Positions 14,450 to 28,888 of a stretch of DNA of 64,000 bases are shown one piece after another. A model generated the notes under the pieces. It searched no databases and was not told where the DNA came from. It worked only from the letters and a program-made list of their open reading frames with translations. The DNA lies in assembly GCF_001194135.2 (NCBI RefSeq), contig NC_068992.1, forward strand, positions 65,748,026-65,812,025, in the 5' to 3' direction. This stretch comes from Octopus bimaculoides (lineage: Eukaryota). A program made the translations under genes and the position numbers. Numbering within the stretch: position 1 is the first letter of the stretch; the number at the start of each line of letters is the position of its first letter.

Positions 14450-14900
14450 ATTATCAAATGAGGAGAACGTATGATGGTTACATATCCATCCATTTTATCA
14501 GGTGATGGTCTAATATTCCAGGTTTTAAAAAGTAATTACCAAACAGATAGATTTTCGTAAAGATCTCTGATCTACTCAGTTAACTTGCAGAAGAATACGA
14601 TTCCTTCCAACTACACAGAAACCTGTATCTTTCAGTTCTATATCTTTATGGTCCACGTTGTTCGAGAACCTTCTTTTCCTACACATATCAGTGGTATGTT
14701 CTCTCAAATTCTAGATGTAATTGAGTATTTGTTCCCCATTTTTCTACTGTTGTTTGAATATGCCTTCTATCATACCTACATAATATTTATTCCTTAGATT
14801 AATATTCATCTAGATGGAAGTAATTCTGCTTCATATATAATCGCTTCTTCATTCCATGAATGATTCTAATACTACTTAAAATATATTTCCCTCAATGTTT
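14450..14900 (-). mobile_element. possible old RTE-like LINE C-terminal remnant
   Basis: Faint motifs only (DMCRK..., WTIKI.NWK). Confidence 0.3.
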
Positions 14901-16674
14901 CTATTTTATACTTTTCAAAAATAAAGGTTATGTTTCATTCACACAGTTTTTTCCAATTTCTTACTAATTTTAATTATTTTTTATATTCATATATTGTTTT
15001 ATTATTATCAGTTTTACGTAAACTTCCAATAAGTAACCGAGAGAAATAAATCAACCGTAATCTTGCCAAAACGATGATTGAACCCAACCTAGGCTGTCAA
15101 CCCTAGTATTTTAGTTCATAGAAATGTGAGAGAGGTTGAATGAGTGCTGAGAAGAACTAAAATGGCCGCTCTTCTATGAGACATTCGCTTCGAATCAAAA
15201 CCCAGATAAGCTAAATCAATACACATTTTAATTCACAAATATTTGTATCACGAATAGATTTTACTAATTTTACGTATGGTCAAAAACGGCAGTGTGGTTC
15301 TGTGCAAACCATCTTTTCCTTTTATTACGAATGTCTTAGATTCCATTCATGCTTTAAGTGCCATTTTGCAGCTCATTGACCAGCAAAGAGTTTACTCGAA
15401 AACCTGGCTCGGTTCACTCACTTACGTCAGATTCGCTGGTGAGAAACGCATGAAAGTCTTTTCATCTCATTTCCTACATCACAAGCTCCAAGACGTTATG
15501 CCCAATTTAAAACAATAATAGAAACAACTACCAGATTCGTTCACAGCACATTCTGAAACGTCCAGAAATAAAGAAAACATTGGATAATCTAAGTCTCGTT
15601 TAGTCATTTGAACCTTGAATTATATGGGACGCTCACGACTGGAACCGCTTTGATCATATGCGTGCCGAAGAATCAGTGACTTGGAGTTAAACAACAACAA
15701 TATTAACATCACAATCACTAGGACCAATAAGAACACAAGTAATCCACTACGTGACCACTCGACGTGCCAGACATATGAAATAAAGGCCCCCAAATTATAA
15801 AATGTTGTTCTAGAAAAAGGTTTACGGTGTATGGATTTATTTGGACGGTAACAGCAGGAACAACTTCGTCGATAGGTTTTTGTAAGATTATAGGCGGAAA
15901 TGGAGTTGAAAAACAACAACTAAGAACCCCGAAAACTAACGACATGTAATGAACATGTAATGAAGCGGACAAAGGAAGTCATTCAAGCCGCTAGAAACAG
16001 CAGCGAAGACTCACTCAGATCATAGCCAGCTTCTTTTAATTGGTCACTTTATTCCTTGGCATGCACAACGTTGAGTTGGTCACATTTGGGAAGCTTTTGA
16101 TTGCATGATGCTGTTTAGAGGCTGAGCTCGGGCTGAATAACAACAAACCAATATGGCGCTAGAATTTTGACGACGACGAATAGATATCTGGTAAGTTAAG
16201 TACGTGATTTATTTATGAGAAACGGTGGAAGCCAACCGTTTCCAAGTTCGTTTGTAATGTCGTTTGGTAAATACACAAATTTCAGAACACCATCACCACC
16301 ACCACCGTAACCACTTCGACCACCACCATCACCATCACCACCACGGCAACCATCTCAGCCACCACTATCACCAGCCACCAGTACCACCGTAACCATCTCC
16401 ACCACCGCTACCACCATCATCACAGCCACCATAACAGCTTCCACCAATGCCATCCATCATCAGTCTTTCTTTTATCTTACCCTAAAATTTTGGGATTTTT
16501 CTCCTCAAAGGAAAAGAAAGGAAAAAAGGAAACGAAACGTTAGCGACAATCAGATTTCAGCTGAGGACGAAAGAAAACGACTTTGAAAAGATTTTTCAAC
16601 TGAACAGCAGCTACAGGCAGCGGCGGAGTGTTTCATGCAAATATCGATCCAATGGATTGCTAACGTAAAAACAG

Positions 16675-16770
<96 letters not shown>

Positions 16771-17128
16771 TAGAAGATAATGCAGATGTTTCGATATGGC
16801 AGAAGCAAGCAATACAATGATAACGGTACCCACAGAACAATTTTGGCGCTACAAGCCTTTACAGACAAAGTTCCATCGTGAAGTTCCGAATTAACGATGT
16901 GATTCTCTACAGAAAAACTGCAGGAAAACATCATAAATATGCAATATGCAATGCGGTTGGCATCTTTAAGCAATGTGAGACAAAGAAAAGTTTAAAGGTT
17001 TTGTTGTGTTTATCGAAATTGTTTGTTTCTTTTTATACAACGAAAGATAATTGCTGCAAGAGAACAAGACTTAGATTTTAACGTCATAGGTTTTCATGTG
17101 AAGGTACGTACATACATATACTCAAACA

Positions 17129-17170
<42 letters not shown>

Positions 17171-17827
17171 TATGTGCATACTGCGTGCACCCATACATAT
17201 GAAAGGTATGAATGTAAGTATACAGATCAAACACATACATAGATATGTGTGTGCATATTTATGTGGGTGTGTGTGTGTGTATGTATACATATGCTGATAT
17301 ACATATGAAAACATATATATCTGTCTATATGTATGTTTGTATGTATGTATGTATGTATGTATGTATGCATGTTTGTATGTATGTATGTCCACGGTAGTAA
17401 ACGAGATTTGAGTTGCAGACTTAATGTCTGAAGAGAAAACAGGATTTTTGCCAATAAGTTGTGAGATCACTTTTCACAACTTGTATGGTCAGATCCAAAA
17501 GATGATCACTTCACTCCTTCCTTCCTTCCTTCCTTTTATTTCTTCCTCACCATTCTCCATCGAGAATAACATCAAGCTAACTGCTCTTCACCGCCATTGT
17601 CATTGTCAATTTATTTAAAATGACTTTACCTCCACCAACCTCTGGAAATTTTCCAGTTTCATAAAATCGAAATAGTTCTCCATTAAAAAGGTATTCTCTC
17701 TTGACACTTACAATTTATTTCTTAATTGCACTTAATAATTGATCCATAATTATTTCCGTACACTCGTAAATTGGCCCTGAGGAGAAATAAATATGTCATT
17801 TTTCTACTATACTTTCGGTAGCCCATT

Positions 17828-18020
17828 TGGCGGTGAGATGGCAGAATCGTTAGCACATCAGACGAAGTAATTAGTGTCATTTGGTACGACCTGAGTTCAA
17901 ATTCTACCGAGATCAATCTAGCTTTCTTTTTTTTTTACGATCTATAAAATAAGTTGAGTTCTTGGGTGGATGTAATCGACTAGACCAAATTGCAGGCCCT
18001 GTCCCTAGAGTTGAATATTA
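17828..18020 (+). mobile_element. SINE family 'B' copy
   Basis: ggcggtgagatggcagaatcgttagcac...gagttcaaattc. Confidence 0.8.
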
Positions 18021-18164
18021 GTCGGTGCGTTCACTGATTTCTTTCTCAGAGAAAAGTGAAAGCCATGGTCCAGGTTTCGATTCTAATTAGAATCTACCTC
18101 AGTGTTGGTAAACAACTTATTTTGCTGTCCACGGAGAAACACAGAACTCCACATATCTTTTGTC

Positions 18165-18361
18165 ATTTATTTGTTTCATATGATCGCGGCCATGCTGGGG
18201 CACCCTCTCGAAGGGTTTAGTCAAAGAAATTAACCTCATTACTTATTTCTTGCTTTAAGTTCAGTACTCATTTGATCTGTATATTTTGCCGAACCGCTAA
18301 TTTACGGAGACGTAAACTAACGATGATTGCCAAGCAGTGTGTGTGAGAGGCGGGAAGGGAA

Positions 18362-18400
<39 letters not shown>
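18165..18400 (-). mobile_element. SINE family 'A' 3' half
   Basis: gcggccatgctgggg...gccgaaccgctaa. Confidence 0.75.
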
Positions 18401-18408
<8 letters not shown>

Positions 18409-19348
18409 TTGTCAGTATATACTTACATATTGACGCACAAGCTCCGCTAAACTTTGCGTTTTTGTCGCTCGAGAGATTTGTATTTAAATCTTTTATATCC
18501 GATGTTTAGTTTATAGTTTCGCATTTAATCTGTGGAGTTGGGTGGGGTAAGATGGGCTTCGTGTTCGCGAGGGGGAGGGGTTATGTGTAGCACATAATTT
18601 CCTAATTCATTTGTCTGTCTGTGTGTATGTGTTTGTGTCAGTGTGTGGGCGTGTGCGCGAGCGTCGTGTTTGTGAGTGCATTTGTGTTAATGCGTGCGTG
18701 TTTGTGTACGTTTGTGTGTGTTTGTGTGAGTATGTGTGAGTATGTGCGTGCGTGTGAGTGAGTATGCGGGCATGTGTGTGTATGTATCCGTGTGTGTGTG
18801 AGTGTATGTATGTGTGTGTGTGCGCATGTGTGTGTGGGTTCGCGTGTGTGTGAGTATGTATGCATGTGAGCATGTGTGTGTGTGTGTGTGTGTAGCGCAT
18901 AGCTAGTCTGTGTGGTTGTGAGCGTTTTGTGATTGGTTGTGTGTTTGTATCAGTGTTTTATGTGTGTGTGTGTGCATCTGTGTGTGTGTGTGTGCATCTG
19001 TGTGTGTGTGAGAGAGAGAGTTTATGTGTATATTTGAAGTGCATGGTTTCATAATCTGTCTGTATGCACTGTATGGTATATGTGGGTGTGTAGATGTGTA
19101 TGAAGGGAGAACGTGTGTGTGTGTGCGTTACTGAAAATAATAATAGAAGTCTCACAGTGAAAAACAATAACGCCGCCATTCTCTGTAGAATGACTTCACT
19201 GATCTCGGATCTTTAAGTTGTTACAAGTTTGCTGGTCGATAAATTCAGCTCCGAATATAACGGATCACTGGTATAAACCAGAATCGTTGAATGGACCAAA
19301 GAACTACACCAATATACATACATATAAACGAATACGCATGCATGAATA

Positions 19349-19395
<47 letters not shown>

Positions 19396-20092
19396 NNNNN
19401 NNNNNNNNNNNNNNNNNNNNNNNNNNNNNNNNNNNNNNNNNNNNNNNNNNNNNNNNNNNNNNNNNNNNNNNNNNNNNNNNNNNNNNNNNNNNNNNNNNNN
19501 NNNNNNNNNNNNNNNNNNNNNNNNNNNNNNNNNNNNNNNNNNNNNNNNNNNNNNNNNNNNNNNNNNNNNNNNNNNNNNNNNNNNNNNNNNNNNNNNNNNN
19601 NNNNNNNNNNNNNNNNNNNNNNNNNNNNNNNNNNNNNNNNNNNNNNNNNNNNNNNNNNNNNNNNNNNNNNNNNNNNNNNNNNNNNNNNNNNNNNNNNNNN
19701 NNNNNNNNNNNNNNNNNNNNNNNNNNNNNNNNNNNNNNNNNNNNNNNNNNNNNNNNNNNNNNNNNNNNNNNNNNNNNNNNNNNNNNNNNNNNNNNNNNNN
19801 NNNNNNNNNNNNNNNNNNNNNNNNNNNNNNNNNNNNNNNNNNNNNNNNNNNNNNNNNNNNNNNNNNNNNNNNNNNNNNNNNNNNNNNNNNNNNNNNNNNN
19901 NNNNNNNNNNNNNNNNNNNNNNNNNNNNNNNNNNNNNNNNNNNNNNNNNNNNNNNNNNNNNNNNNNNNNNNNNNNNNNNNNNNNNNNNNNNNNNNNNNNN
20001 NNNNNNNNNNNNNNNNNNNNNNNNNNNNNNNNNNNNNNNNNNNNNNNNNNNNNNNNNNNNNTATATGTATATATATATATGTGTATATATAG

Positions 20093-20132
<40 letters not shown>

Positions 20133-20352
20133 GCACACATGCAGTCATTCATCCATACTGTATCGATCTCTATTAGTTTAAAGTCTCATTCATATTGCAT
20201 CAGGTACTATTAATCGAGTTGCAACGTTGTAGGACCACAGCACAAGCAAGGGCACGGCCATTCACATGTACACGTGTATGCGCACATTCATGCACAAATA
20301 TATGTGCACGTGCACACGCACATACATATACACACAAGTTTATTGCCACATC

Positions 20353-20424
<72 letters not shown>

Positions 20425-20672
20425 TGGTGGAGACGTGTCTGGCAATGTTTATGTCTGTTTCTTTGAAGAATTCTCTTTGGAGAGCAATTATTATTTCTTC
20501 CGACAGAGAAGTGGGTCTGAGACTTATTCAAAGAGAAGCTAAGCGGAGGTTTCTTTTAAATATATTTATTTGACGATCCTTCAGCTAAAGAATTCGTAGA
20601 GGGAGAGGGGTAGAGGGAGGAGAAAGTTGAAAGAAGAAAGAGGAGGATGAAAAAAATCGTCTCCAAGATTAC

Positions 20673-20721
20673 CATTATGGTCTTTAGTGCTCCGAGTTCT
20701 TGCAGTGAAGTGTTTAGCATG
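20673..20721 (-). other. candidate 49-nt minus-strand exon (MLNTSLQELGALKTIM or HAKHFTARTRSTKDHN)
   Basis: Acceptor ttcatctttttcctgcag| and donor atg|GTAATC; two of three frames open. Confidence 0.3.
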
Positions 20722-21301
20722 CTGCAGGAAAAAGATGAATAGCAGAACCTGATTTTAATCGATGAATGTTGATTTCATTATGGTCGTGTGGATTGTGAAG
20801 AGAGGGAAGGAAGAAGAGAGTGTTGCTGGACAGAGAGAGAGAGAAAGAGAGGAGAGTGACAGAGGAAAGGTAGTGATAGGTAGAGGCAGAGAAGAGCTCG
20901 AACGACAGAAAGATAAGAAAATGAAGAGATTAAACATGAATAGAAAGAAAATGAAGATATATTTTGGTAGGAATAAACATAGCAAAAAACGGAGAGAAAT
21001 AGAGAAAGAAAGAGAGACGTGAGAGACACTGCGATTTGTGCGTGTGCGTGTGTGTGTGTGTGTGTGTATGTGTGTGTGTATACATATACGTCCATATATA
21101 TCTATGTGTATACATATATATGTATATATTCATATATGGATATATAAATATAATATACCTCCATATACATAAAGACATATATAGATACACACACACTTCC
21201 ACACACATATACACACATATACATATGAGATGTGTGTGTGTATGAACAAGGAGAGATGTAAATAAGACGATATGTAGTATGCATATATTTATGCATACAC
21301 A

Positions 21302-21342
<41 letters not shown>

Positions 21343-21448
21343 AACTGCGGTCAAATAAGCATCTATTGATATGGACGAGAAGAAAAATAGAGCGAATGAA
21401 TGTCTGTAAGTTTGCTTGTGTATATGTGTATATATGAGTTAGTGTACT

Positions 21449-21512
<64 letters not shown>

Positions 21513-23179
21513 GGATAATGATTAAAGGAAACATTTACTGCCAGCCGAATGGATTCTGGTGCAGAATGGTCTTCAGTAAATTGATAGAATGATTCCTGTG
21601 AGAGAATGACGGTAATTAATGGTTAAATGTATAGCAATGGCACCACAGACAGATGGTCCCGTGAATAGGGTAATAGACATCGAACTGGGAGGTCACCAGT
21701 TCAAACCGTATGACAGCACTTGCACAGATACCATTCTGTTTCTTTCACTAAAAGCATTTAACTCTTCAATGACCCGCACCGCCATCACCGGTCCAAAGTG
21801 AGCGAAAGATAACGGCACCACCCCCGCCGCTGCAACTGCTAAAAATAGCAGCAAATTTTCTTTGATGTCAAATATCACTGTGTCAAGCCAAGAAGAACAC
21901 ATGGGATAAAGTAGGACTAAAAAGGCGTGATGGTCGTGGCTAGAGTAGTTTTAATCAATTAAGACCGGCCTGCAGTTAAAAAGAAACTATAACAGTAAAA
22001 ACAATGAGCCAAACAGCGAGATTTTGTAGCTACCCGCGACCTACATTGGGACCATCCTATCTTTTATATGAATATAATATGTAAGACTACATTTTACAAT
22101 ATTTTCTTTGCTGTTGTTGTTGTAGTTATTCAGTTCTTAAGTAGATTTATCATCAATATCTTTCCAGCCGTAACCATTTCATGTGTTTGTCTATCAGACA
22201 CAACTTTGTGAAAATGCGAACTCTTTTTTTAAAGGTGGTTGCATCTTGTTACAGTAAGACTTAACACGAGAGAGACCGAACTAGTATTTCTGTGACAAAG
22301 AAATTAATTTCGCAACAACGTGGTCTTGAGTTCAATCACAATGCGCAGTACATTGGACAATTATCTTCTAAAATAGTCTTGGATCGATCACAGGCGGAAA
22401 CTACAGAAGCGTATCGGAAGGTTCGCCTCTTTTCTTACGTGAACACCCTCATTAGTTTCTTAGGCGTTTTAGAGCTGAGGCCCGTCTGTTACAATCATTT
22501 TAGGTCGGTTCTCATGTTTGAGTGCAATTCCTTCCTTCATCCTTCCATCACACTAGTCTCGGAGTCTAAAAATTCTTATGGTGCCGCTTTAAGTCATTTT
22601 TTTAAAGAAATGTCATTAAGAAAAAAATTAGAGAGAGACAGAGAGAGAGAGAAACAGGGAGAGAGAGAGACACACACACAGAGGGGATGGTGATTATGTG
22701 GTTGAGTGATGTTCCCTTGATTGGGTGTCATCCTAACAAGATGGATGGATATAGTAAGAAGACCAATCAATTCTAAACACAACCACCAATCAGAAGAATC
22801 TCTTAATTCAGATCTCAACCAAAATCAGCCCCTTCTTCTTTTCCTCCTCTTCCTCCTCCTCATCCTTCTTCTTCTTCTTCTTCTTCTTCTTCTTCTTCTT
22901 CATATAAATCAGTTTTATATAAACGCCATAAATCAGTTTTACAGTTCAGTGCAAAGGCATCGAATGTTTTATAAGATTCCCCCATCACTACCGCCTCGAC
23001 ACCACCTCCTACTCAAAACACTCGTTCAATTTTTATGTCTCCTACAAACGCACTCCTCCTCTCTCGCTCTCTCAAAACCACTCTTGTCTCTAAATAGCAT
23101 TGCCTCGTAAACTATCCTCTTCCTCACAAATGCTTCTTTTGCCCCCCACCCCACGCACCCCCTCATCACTCTCGCTTTC

Positions 23180-23248
<69 letters not shown>

Positions 23249-25168
23249 TAAACATGCATAAATATAATCTGAAATGTCAGATAAACCTTTCTTGCGTATT
23301 TTTAGTCAACACACAATTTAGTTTCGCTATGAAAATACAAAATGGCTGCACCTCTAGTCTTTTCTATCTGTGGCTCCCAAACACAAACACACATTCATTC
23401 ACACCCACTTTTACATGTGTGTGCTTGTGCATGTGTAAGTATGTAAGTTTGTGTATGTGTTTCGTTTCGAGGATATATATTTGCATGATTTTGCTTTGTT
23501 TTGCAATTGTTTTGTTTGCATGTGTGTATATGCCTTTGCGTGTAGAAAAAATAGACGCGGTCATGATCGACTGATTAACAAATTCGCTTCGTAGCCATGA
23601 GACTCGGGGTTTGATAACACGAAAGAGAACACGTTTAATCTTGGTCAACTGACCGTACATACAGGATAAAATACATTTCTTTATCGGTGATGCAGTTCTG
23701 CTGAATCAAGTTCCCTGCATCGTCAGCGTTACTATGGCGACTATTTTCCGTCAAAAAAAGTCATTTATCGCGAGTAAATAAAAGCAAAATTAATGAGATT
23801 TTATTGCAAATGTTTGCTGAAGATCTTTTCCCAATTAATCATTCCGTGTCATGTTTTGTGTAATTATATTTATTAACAACCAATACAATGTGTGGTACAC
23901 TCGTCTTCTCTATAACAAAAAGTGTGTTGTAGCCCCGACCTCTGCATTGGGTAAAAAAAATTGTGGAAAACAAATCGAACACTAAAACAAGCGAGGATGT
24001 TAAGTGAATGTACTGAAGTCCTATAAAAACACTTTGGTTGTTCCTCATTCACTTCACAAACAGCGAAGTACCGTAAAAAATCATTTGTTGTGTACAGCTT
24101 TGGAGCACAAAACGAGCTACCGACATCATTTGTGTTTTAGAAACCTTGGCTACCTGCAGGAGAAAGTTACAAACTTGTCCGAAATATTCCCCTTAACCAT
24201 TTTTGCCGTAGGAAAATTCGCCGAAGAAAATATTTGCCGCATGGACAATGATAAAGAATATTGTATCAGCGTTTTTTAAGATATCAAAAAATTGTGATAA
24301 AAAGTTTTATAAAATCATTATATAGGTATGATTTTATTCAACGTCAAACATTTAAAAAGTTAAAAAAACGTGATGAGGTCATTTAAAACGTGTGGAAATT
24401 CCAAGCAATGGACTTGTATAACTTATTTGAAGATCTCAACCAGTTTGGAAAAAAGTCACAAGCTCTCCTATAAGGATATGACCACCACCAGAGATGTATG
24501 TATGTATGTATGTATGTATGTATGTATGTATGTATGTATGTATAGCTATGCATATCTACATACATAAACACCTCCGTAATCAACAGAAAATGATCATGGT
24601 TGAGTATTTGTATCAGCATACTTCGAGCGTATAGACGCAGCAACAGGAATTTGGCAATTCCATTGGAATCTTTCTTAGTTCCTCTGAGATATCTGCAATA
24701 AAATGTTCTCCCTTCTAAAACTCTGACATGTTCTCTCTGCTATATCTCCAACGTAATTTCCAAATTGCTGTTAAAGTTATACACAAGGCTGACTGGTTAT
24801 ATAACTTCCGTCAATCGTTCATTGCAAAGCTCACACATTCGGTATTTCGATTTTATCGTCTGCAAGCACATCTTTCAACATGAACAGATGCATACACACA
24901 AAGACATACATATGTTCGAGGAAATTACAATACGCATTTAGCAAAGACACATACGTACATACATAAATGCATATATACACACATACACATGTGTGTGTAG
25001 GTCAGGTTTTCCTAAAAGGTATTTGAAACATAACCTTATATAAACAGAAACACGAATATATATTTACATATACCTTATACGCAGACAGTCCAACCAATAC
25101 ATATGCCTCTGTGTGTGTGTGTGTGTGTGCATACATATATATGTATGAGTGTCTCTCTGCTTGCGTGC

Positions 25169-25208
<40 letters not shown>

Positions 25209-25230
25209 NNNNNNNNNNTATATGCACACA

Positions 25231-25271
<41 letters not shown>

Positions 25272-25629
25272 CGAGAGACAACACACTGGTAGTTTGATGA
25301 GATTCCCGACAGGAAAGGACAGTTCAATCTGAACGTATCGATATCAACTTCCGATCACTTCCAATACTTACCACCATCACCAGCACCTCCGCCGCCGCCG
25401 CCACCACCGCCACCATCGCTCTATGTCTATTACTGCTATCAACTACAAGAACAGTAACAACACACCCCGGGTAGTTAATGGAGCGAAACGGCTGTATTGA
25501 TCACCGGGTTGATAGGATGTTGGCGAGCGGACGGAATCGGGGTTGAAGTTGATGGCTTTCTACTGATTTAGATGCAAGTCAATTCATGCGGAACGAATAT
25601 GTATGGGGTACAGCAGGGAAACTAATGCT

Positions 25630-25980
25630 ACCACCTCCAATACAACTACCGCCAGTGCCACCACCACAACCAACATCGTCACTACCACTATCATCACTAG
25701 CGCCACCACTACCACTACTACAAGCACCACTGTCACCAACACCACCACCACAACAACCACCAGCACCAACACCCCTACCACCACTACTACTACTACTACC
25801 ACCACCAGCACAATTACTATAACAACCACTGCCACAACTATCAACGCTATCACCACGAGTGTCACCACTACCACAACCATCACCACTACCACCACTACCA
25901 CAACCATCACCACTACCAACACCATCACATCTGGTGTATTACCGTAACCACCACCACCTCTACCGCCACTACCATTGTTG
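25630..25980. repeat. cryptic (ACC/ACT)n trinucleotide region (spurious Thr-rich ORF)
   Basis: Degenerate ACN triplets; similar tracts at 16290-16460, 32050-32360, 33820-34030 and 57770-58460. Confidence 0.85.
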
Positions 25981-26214
25981 TCGGGTGTCTCTATGTCATC
26001 TCTTGACATGCTAGAAATAACAGCTGCAACTCCCTAAAGTCAAACTCTACCGTCTTAAGAGAACGTCAAAGGGGTGTATATGAGGAAAAATAAGACACGG
26101 CAGTCACGGTTGGAATTCCTTTGAATGTAGTTCAATCCAGTTTGAGCGTCAGACCCCGCCCCTATCCGTGAAGCACCATAAACATTGTTTTCACTCCCGG
26201 TCCACTAACGTAGA

Positions 26215-26401
26215 CTTGATTTCCAATTTTGGAACAAAACCAGCAATTTCGGAAGTGGGGGTAAATCGATTAGATCGACCCCAGCACTCAGCTGAGAAAG
26301 GTGAAGTCGATGCTGCTGGAATTTGAACTCGGAACGTAAAGCCGGACAAAATACCGCTATTTTGCCCGGCGCGGTAATGAGTCTTCCAGCACGCCGCCTT
26401 C
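26215..26401 (-). mobile_element. SINE family 'B' copy
   Basis: ...gaatttgaactcggaacgtaaa...ccagcacgccgcctt. Confidence 0.8.
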
Positions 26402-26964
26402 AAGCCAGTCGCTTAAATTTGGGGCTAGAATACGACATAAAGCAGAAATGAGACGTTATAATACAACACAATTGCCGGTTGCTTCATATATCTAACAATG
26501 CTGCACTCCCTTCCTATTAAATCAATAACGAAATTTAAGAAATAACAAACAGAGGAGAATTGCACTTTTTAGAACTGTTTTCCCTGATACGTTTGTGTAA
26601 TATATTGCAGAAATTTCTAGTAAAGAACATAAGATATCGTTATCTACATCATCATCATCATAATGAATATCATCATCATCATAATCAACATCATCATCAT
26701 CATCATCATCAGCAACAACATCAGTAATAACAAGTGTAGTAACTACGTCAATAACAGAGTTATTTAAGTACAATGTTAGACATTTATTGTACATAAAATA
26801 GTGTTGTACCACGTGATGTAGGGGACGTTTAATGCTCTACAAGATATCATTATTGCTGTAATCTTCTTTTCCTTTTTTCCGCTTCTCTTCTATTTTTTCA
26901 TTTTGTTTTGTATTTCCAGCATTTTTTAAAAAATTTCTTCTGTATTCTTTATGATTATCTTTTG

Positions 26965-27190
26965 TGTTGTTTATTGGCAGAAACGTTAGAGCGCCAGACA
27001 AAAGGTCTTACGGCATCTCTAGGTTTAATTCTTCACTTTATGTTCTGTGTTCAAATCCCGCTGGTGTCATCAGCACCTTTTATCTTTCCAGAAGACGATA
27101 TAGGAAATTTCTGGTTAAGCACGGGGTTTGTCGGAATCGTCTAATACCTACTTCACAAAAATTCTGACCTTGTTCCGTAATTAAAACAAT
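26965..27190 (+). mobile_element. SINE family 'B' copy (diverged)
   Basis: tggcagaaacgttagagcgcc...gttcaaatccc. Confidence 0.7.
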
Positions 27191-27640
27191 TATTATTGTT
27201 CAAATTGTTCTGTTAGATGTTGATTTTTAGGATTAGTGCTGGAAATGGAATCTGGAGATGGTGATTCCTGTGTGCTTTAGGATTTCTTGATAACGAGACC
27301 TTTATCTATGGATACCTTAAAGAGTTAAGAGACTCGCCAGCGTGAAATCCAGACAATAGAAGTGAGACGCCTCGATAACCGGTTCTAACGGCAGAAATCT
27401 TATCTAGAAAGCCTTAGTGGAATAAATGTACAACATTGCTGTTGCGTTGGTGCTTGATGTTTGATTCTTGTTGAGAGATAAAACGGACATCCTCAGATAA
27501 CAATCGATGTGTCTTGGCACTGACCGAAAATGGGCTGCTGTGGATAATTACCAAAGCATGCTGCGATTTCCCATCGGCGTCTGAATACAGGAACATCCGG
27601 AATATCCCATGGCGTGAGGAGGTTCTGCCGGAAGTTAACA
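27190..27640 (-). mobile_element. degenerate CR1/L2-like LINE 3' end with (AAT)n tail
   Basis: Weak similarity by eye (..KHQRN..HLFH..) and an aataataat tail at about 27190. Confidence 0.4.
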
Positions 27641-27732
27641 AATGTGTGTGTGTGTGTGTGCATGTAGGTATGTATGTATGCACAAAAACACACCTACACA
27701 CACACACATATATATATAAGGGACTTTATATG

Positions 27733-27774
<42 letters not shown>

Positions 27775-27959
27775 TATGTACCCTTTACGTTTATACCTTT
27801 CTATCTATATACGCATATATACATTTCTATATCTATCCCTACACATCTGTCGAATAATCGATTGGTGTACCTTTCCATTTAGTTCACTAAGTGCGTAGCC
27901 GTTTTTCTACCTCTCTATCAATCATTCTATATACATGCATNNNNNNNNNNNNNNNNNNN

Positions 27960-28008
<49 letters not shown>

Positions 28009-28310
28009 ATGTACATATGATTAAATACTACCTTTGTTTCCTGCCATATGCAATGTGTCTGATTGTCATACCACCACCAACAACTTTCGGCTCAACTCAT
28101 ACAATTACAAACTCAGGGATATGTTCACACGTCCATCTGTCTTTCTGTCTCTCTATATAACTATATCTCTTCTCTTTCCCTGTCTCTCGTTGTCTCTCAC
28201 ACTCTTTTTCTTATTCATTTGCTCTGTTTTTCTCTGTCTCCATCCATTTCTCTATCTTTTTATCTTTGCATCCCATTTTACTTGGTCATCTTTGTTTTCT
28301 CATATAACAG

Positions 28311-28328
28311 GGGCAACCACGTGAACCG
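28311..28328 (+). CDS. 18-nt symmetric micro-exon (phase 2-2), (W)GNHVN(R)
   Basis: Long pyrimidine tract ending ...tttgttttctcatataacag| and a perfect donor ccg|GTAAGT. Confidence 0.7.
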
Positions 28329-28421
28329 GTAAGTTCGATTGTGAAGCGATGTTGGGGAGGTCAAACACAGACACACAAACATATACACACACATACATGT
28401 ATATATATATANNNNNNNNNN

Positions 28422-28460
<39 letters not shown>

Positions 28461-28539
28461 TTGACGGCCCTTTCCGAACACATGTAGAGAGAAACACACA
28501 CAGAAATAAGCACACTCACACATATATTTACTTGACATA

Positions 28540-28720
28540 TTAATCTCCAGGCCCGCTCCCGCCGCCCACTATATCAGTGCTTTACTAGAGATTATCTTCT
28601 GCACCAGTCGTTCTTTTGGCAATATTCCTGTCTTCTGAACTCTTCATCCATCCATTTCCTTAAATCTCTATTTCCTCTCCTGAAAATGTCTCTTTTGCAT
28701 AACTGGCTTGTAAAGACTCT
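28540..28720 (-). mobile_element. possible RTE-like LINE C-terminal remnant
   Basis: PKERLVQKII... resembles the RLPKKI motif of RTE ORF2. Confidence 0.3.
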
Positions 28721-28842
28721 GAAAAACAACAACACAAACATATATTCATATAAAATTACACACTGATATATTATTCTTTACACATTCACACAAATTCGGA
28801 AAAATTATATATATACATGTATGTATGTATGTATGTATTGAC

Positions 28843-28888
<46 letters not shown>

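Noticed and set aside
16160-16196. Perfect donor ctg|GTAAGT at 16191
   Set aside because: No pyrimidine-rich acceptor upstream, and joining to exon 1 creates a TGA.
28311-28328. Phase-0 reading GQPREP, identical to the start of the IgG CH3 domain
   Set aside because: Six-residue coincidence. That frame leads to a stop in the next exon, and immunoglobulin genes are not expected in a mollusc.
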